Virus record (IMG/VR): IMGVR_UViG_3300028840_004314
Coordinates: 1-64,000 of that record
Reading direction: 5' to 3' (one strand)
DNA: 64,000 nt
From: a virus
The notes below the pieces were generated by a model, which ran no database searches, had not been told where the DNA came from, and was given only the letters and a program-made list of their open reading frames with translations. This document shows positions 63,784-64,000 of this stretch, in pieces (position 1 is the first letter of the stretch; each line of letters opens with the position of its first letter). Made by a program: the position numbers and the translations under genes.

Positions 63784-64000
63784 CAAAAGATCTCCTCATA
63801 GGTGTTTATGATGCGGAATCCAAGTTGTGTTAACCTACACTTGATTTGGGCATACAACCCACAGACATTCGGATTGGAGGATTGCAACCCACCACGACAG
63901 TCGCCGTCTGTACGTAACTCGATCGAGTGTACTTCGACGTCATCCAGGCCGGTGAGTTCGGGATCCTCCAATGGATCCTTGAAGGGTGTGATATCGATCC
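63783..64000 (-). CDS. Hypothetical protein (5'-truncated by the window)
   Basis: Frame stays open to the window end. Confidence 0.55.
   Translation of the reverse strand, partial: IDITPFKDPLEDPELTGLDDVEVHSIELRTDGDCRGGLQSSNPNVCGLYAQIKCRLTQLGFRIINTYEEIF

Noticed and set aside
1-64000. Stop-codon reassignment
   Set aside because: Conserved genes are full length in the standard code, and TAA, TAG and TGA all end genes at coupled junctions
1-64000. tRNA, rRNA, introns, inteins, integrase, portal or terminase
   Set aside because: None recognised; intergenic gaps are mostly too short, and portal and terminase presumably lie outside the window

Overview
The window is the late (virion) region of a large myovirus with T4-like architecture, about 50% GC, read with the standard code. 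Nearly all genes are on the + strand and tightly coupled through TAATG/ATGA overlaps. From left to right: (1) 1-10.8 kb, a block of acidic proteins of unknown function just upstream of the prohead protease; (2) a gp21-type protease fused to a scaffold, then a gp23-like major capsid protein; (3) fibre/decoration-like and neck proteins; (4) a second block of acidic unknowns at 25.2-31.1 kb, including an LRR protein, a SWIM-finger protein and a Pol-beta nucleotidyltransferase; (5) tail terminator, sheath, tube, chaperone, tape measure and a complete baseplate; (6) a ~13 kb glycosylation cluster with NeuA, NeuB, three Maf/DUF115 domains, glycosyltransferases, methyltransferases, an SDR and a radical SAM enzyme; (7) nucleotide-metabolism genes, a GC-rich periodic repeat where the two transcription directions converge, and small minus-strand genes. 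Main observation: 9 scattered proteins carry 10 copies of the peptide E-(A)HRDLF[KQR]P. It is conserved as protein but not as DNA, and it sits right after a predicted prohead-protease cleavage Glu that usually ends a ~10-residue amphipathic leader. This looks like a two-part address label (capsid-packaging leader plus a retained N-terminal tag) on a set of virion-delivered cargo proteins, some made as protease-cut polyproteins. Family assignments come from motif recognition by eye; no database searches were run.
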